Source: Candidatus Poseidoniales archaeon (GTDB lineage Archaea > Thermoplasmatota > Poseidoniia > Poseidoniales > Poseidoniaceae). Taken from it: DNA of 60,787 bases. This document shows, piece after piece, positions 59,337 through 60,787 of this stretch. How positions within the stretch are numbered: position 1 is the stretch's first letter; each line of letters begins with the position of its first letter. Below the pieces are notes generated by a model. That model was not told the DNA's origin and searched no databases. It saw only the letters and a list, made by a program, of their open reading frames with translations. Location of the stretch: contig DUDM01000058.1 of the NCBI GenBank assembly GCA_012959275.1, forward strand, positions 367 to 61,153, read 5' to 3'. A program made the translations under genes and the position numbers.

Positions 59337-60787
59337 ATGGGCAGCCACTCACTGAGTAATCCACAGCGCCGCCTATTACGGGCGATGCGGGAATCTGGTG
59401 CTCAAACTACTTGGTCAATAGCTTCAATTCTAGAGGAATGTGGATGGAGTGACCAAGCCCAAGCAGCAGGCGCAGCCCTAGGTTTGGTAGAAGCAGGATT
59501 TGCTGATGTAGACAAAAAAAGCGCCGTAAAATGGACTCTCGGTCCAGAGGGCAAAGCCGCTCTAGAAAACGGATTGTTAGAGGCGCGCCTGTGGACTTGG
59601 CTCTCAAATGCCAAAGAAGACCAGTCCTACATGCAAGATTTACAATCTTCAGGCATCGTAGAAAAACACGAAACAGGAATCGGAGTTGGCCTATTGAAAG
59701 GCTTAGGAGTGGAAATAGTATCAGGTTGCCTAGTAATTCCCACAGATAGTATGGCAGAAGAAATTATCCAAGAGCGTTATGACTTCCTTTCCAATATCGT
59801 TGAAGGCCCCCTATTAGACTATTTCAAAGGGCGAAAAGGATTACTCCAATCCTCTGAATCAACAAGCAGAACATGGACGATAACAGAAGCAGGCTCGAAT
59901 GCGGAAGACCTCGATGAAGTGGACGAAGTCGTTGAATTAACTCCAGAAATGCTACAAGGTGAAGAATGGCGAAATATGACTTTCAAATCATTTGACCAGA
60001 CTCTTGAATCAACTACTCCAACCACCGGTAAACCTCACCCAATGCAATCTCTGATCGAGCGGGTTCGTTCGGTATTTTTAGAAATGGGCTTCAGTGAAAT
60101 AGATGGAGATTACGTCCAAAGTGCCGGTTGGAATATGGATGCATTATTCATCCCTCAAGACCATCCGGCCCGTGAAATGCAGGACACTTTCTATCTCGAT
60201 GAACCAGCATCTTTGGAAATTGATGAAAAGAATCTCAAGCAATGGAGAGAGATTCACCAACATGGGGGTGACACAGGCTCAACTGGCTGGGGTGGTGAAT
60301 TCAGTGATGAGATTGCACGTAAGGGCTTACTTCGCACTCACACTACGGTAAATACCATCAAACACCTCGCAGATGCTCCTGATGAACCATGCCGTGTATT
60401 CGCTGTTGGTAGAGTCTTTCGCAAAGAGAGTATAGACCGCACTCACCTTCCTGAATTCCACCAAATTGAAGGGATCATCATGGAACCAGGAGCGAACCTT
60501 CCTATGCTAGTCACCACTCTGAAAACCTTCTATGCCAAGATGGGTTACCCAGAAGTCAGGGTTAGGCCTGCCTATTTCCCTTATACTGAACCCAGTCTTG
60601 AAGTTGAAGTGAAGTGGCGTGGTAAATGGCTAGAATTAGGAGGAGCTGGTATCTTCCGTCCCGAAGTTAGTGAACCACTTGGAGTTAAGTGGCCAGTTTG
60701 TGCTTGGGGCATGGGATTGGAACGCTTAGCAATGTTAGTTCTCGGCCTTGATGATATTCGTCAACTGTATATTTCAGACCTCGAGTG
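59337..60787 (+). CDS. pheS: Phenylalanyl-tRNA synthetase alpha subunit, archaeal type (truncated by window end)
   Basis: Not in the ORF track. Hand translation gives GKPHP, WNMDALFIPQDHPAREMQDTF, LRTHTT, THLPEFHQIEG, YFPYTEPS, AWGMGLERLAM. Confidence 0.96.
   Translation, partial: MGSHSLSNPQRRLLRAMRESGAQTTWSIASILEECGWSDQAQAAGAALGLVEAGFADVDKKSAVKWTLGPEGKAALENGLLEARLWTWLSNAKEDQSYMQDLQSSGIVEKHETGIGVGLLKGLGVEIVSGCLVIPTDSMAEEIIQERYDFLSNIVEGPLLDYFKGRKGLLQSSESTSRTWTITEAGSNAEDLDEVDEVVELTPEMLQGEEWRNMTFKSFDQTLESTTPTTGKPHPMQSLIERVRSVFLEMGFSEIDGDYVQSAGWNMDALFIPQDHPAREMQDTFYLDEPASLEIDEKNLKQWREIHQHGGDTGSTGWGGEFSDEIARKGLLRTHTTVNTIKHLADAPDEPCRVFAVGRVFRKESIDRTHLPEFHQIEGIIMEPGANLPMLVTTLKTFYAKMGYPEVRVRPAYFPYTEPSLEVEVKWRGKWLELGGAGIFRPEVSEPLGVKWPVCAWGMGLERLAMLVLGLDDIRQLYISDLE

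Noticed and set aside
59402-60351. Short ORFs near the window end
   Set aside because: All overlap pheS, which the ORF track missed because it has no stop inside the window.

Overview
This is a gene-dense, AT-leaning archaeal window. Markers include archaeosine TgtA, CTP-dependent RibK, a DRG GTPase, archaeal-type PheS and a PGF-CTERM tail. These, together with acidic TSP3/CARDB surface proteins and many bacterial-type metabolic genes, suggest Marine Group II Thermoplasmatota (Poseidoniales); that assignment is inference. It holds about 50 CDS and one tRNA-Thr(UGU), with no recognisable transposase, integrase or CRISPR-Cas. Main blocks are a bacterial-type methionine/SAM-cycle cluster (metF-metK-ahcY-metH), a complete SUF cluster with an HTH regulator, a four-gene ABC-2 exporter followed by a lipocalin-like protein, and two large surface proteins. 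The most notable observations are: (1) an operon joining a DUF835 (inactive KaiC-like) protein, a bacterial DnaA/Hda-type AAA+ protein without a DNA-binding domain, and a YkgJ Cys-cluster protein; (2) a circularly permuted GDPD; (3) a 45-bp hairpin element with a compensatory base change, present twice, one copy inserted into a tandem array that duplicates the tRNA 3' end; (4) a recurrent non-canonical TATA-like box, TT[GC]A[AT]N, about 30 nt before start codons. All calls come from reading motifs by eye; no searches were run.
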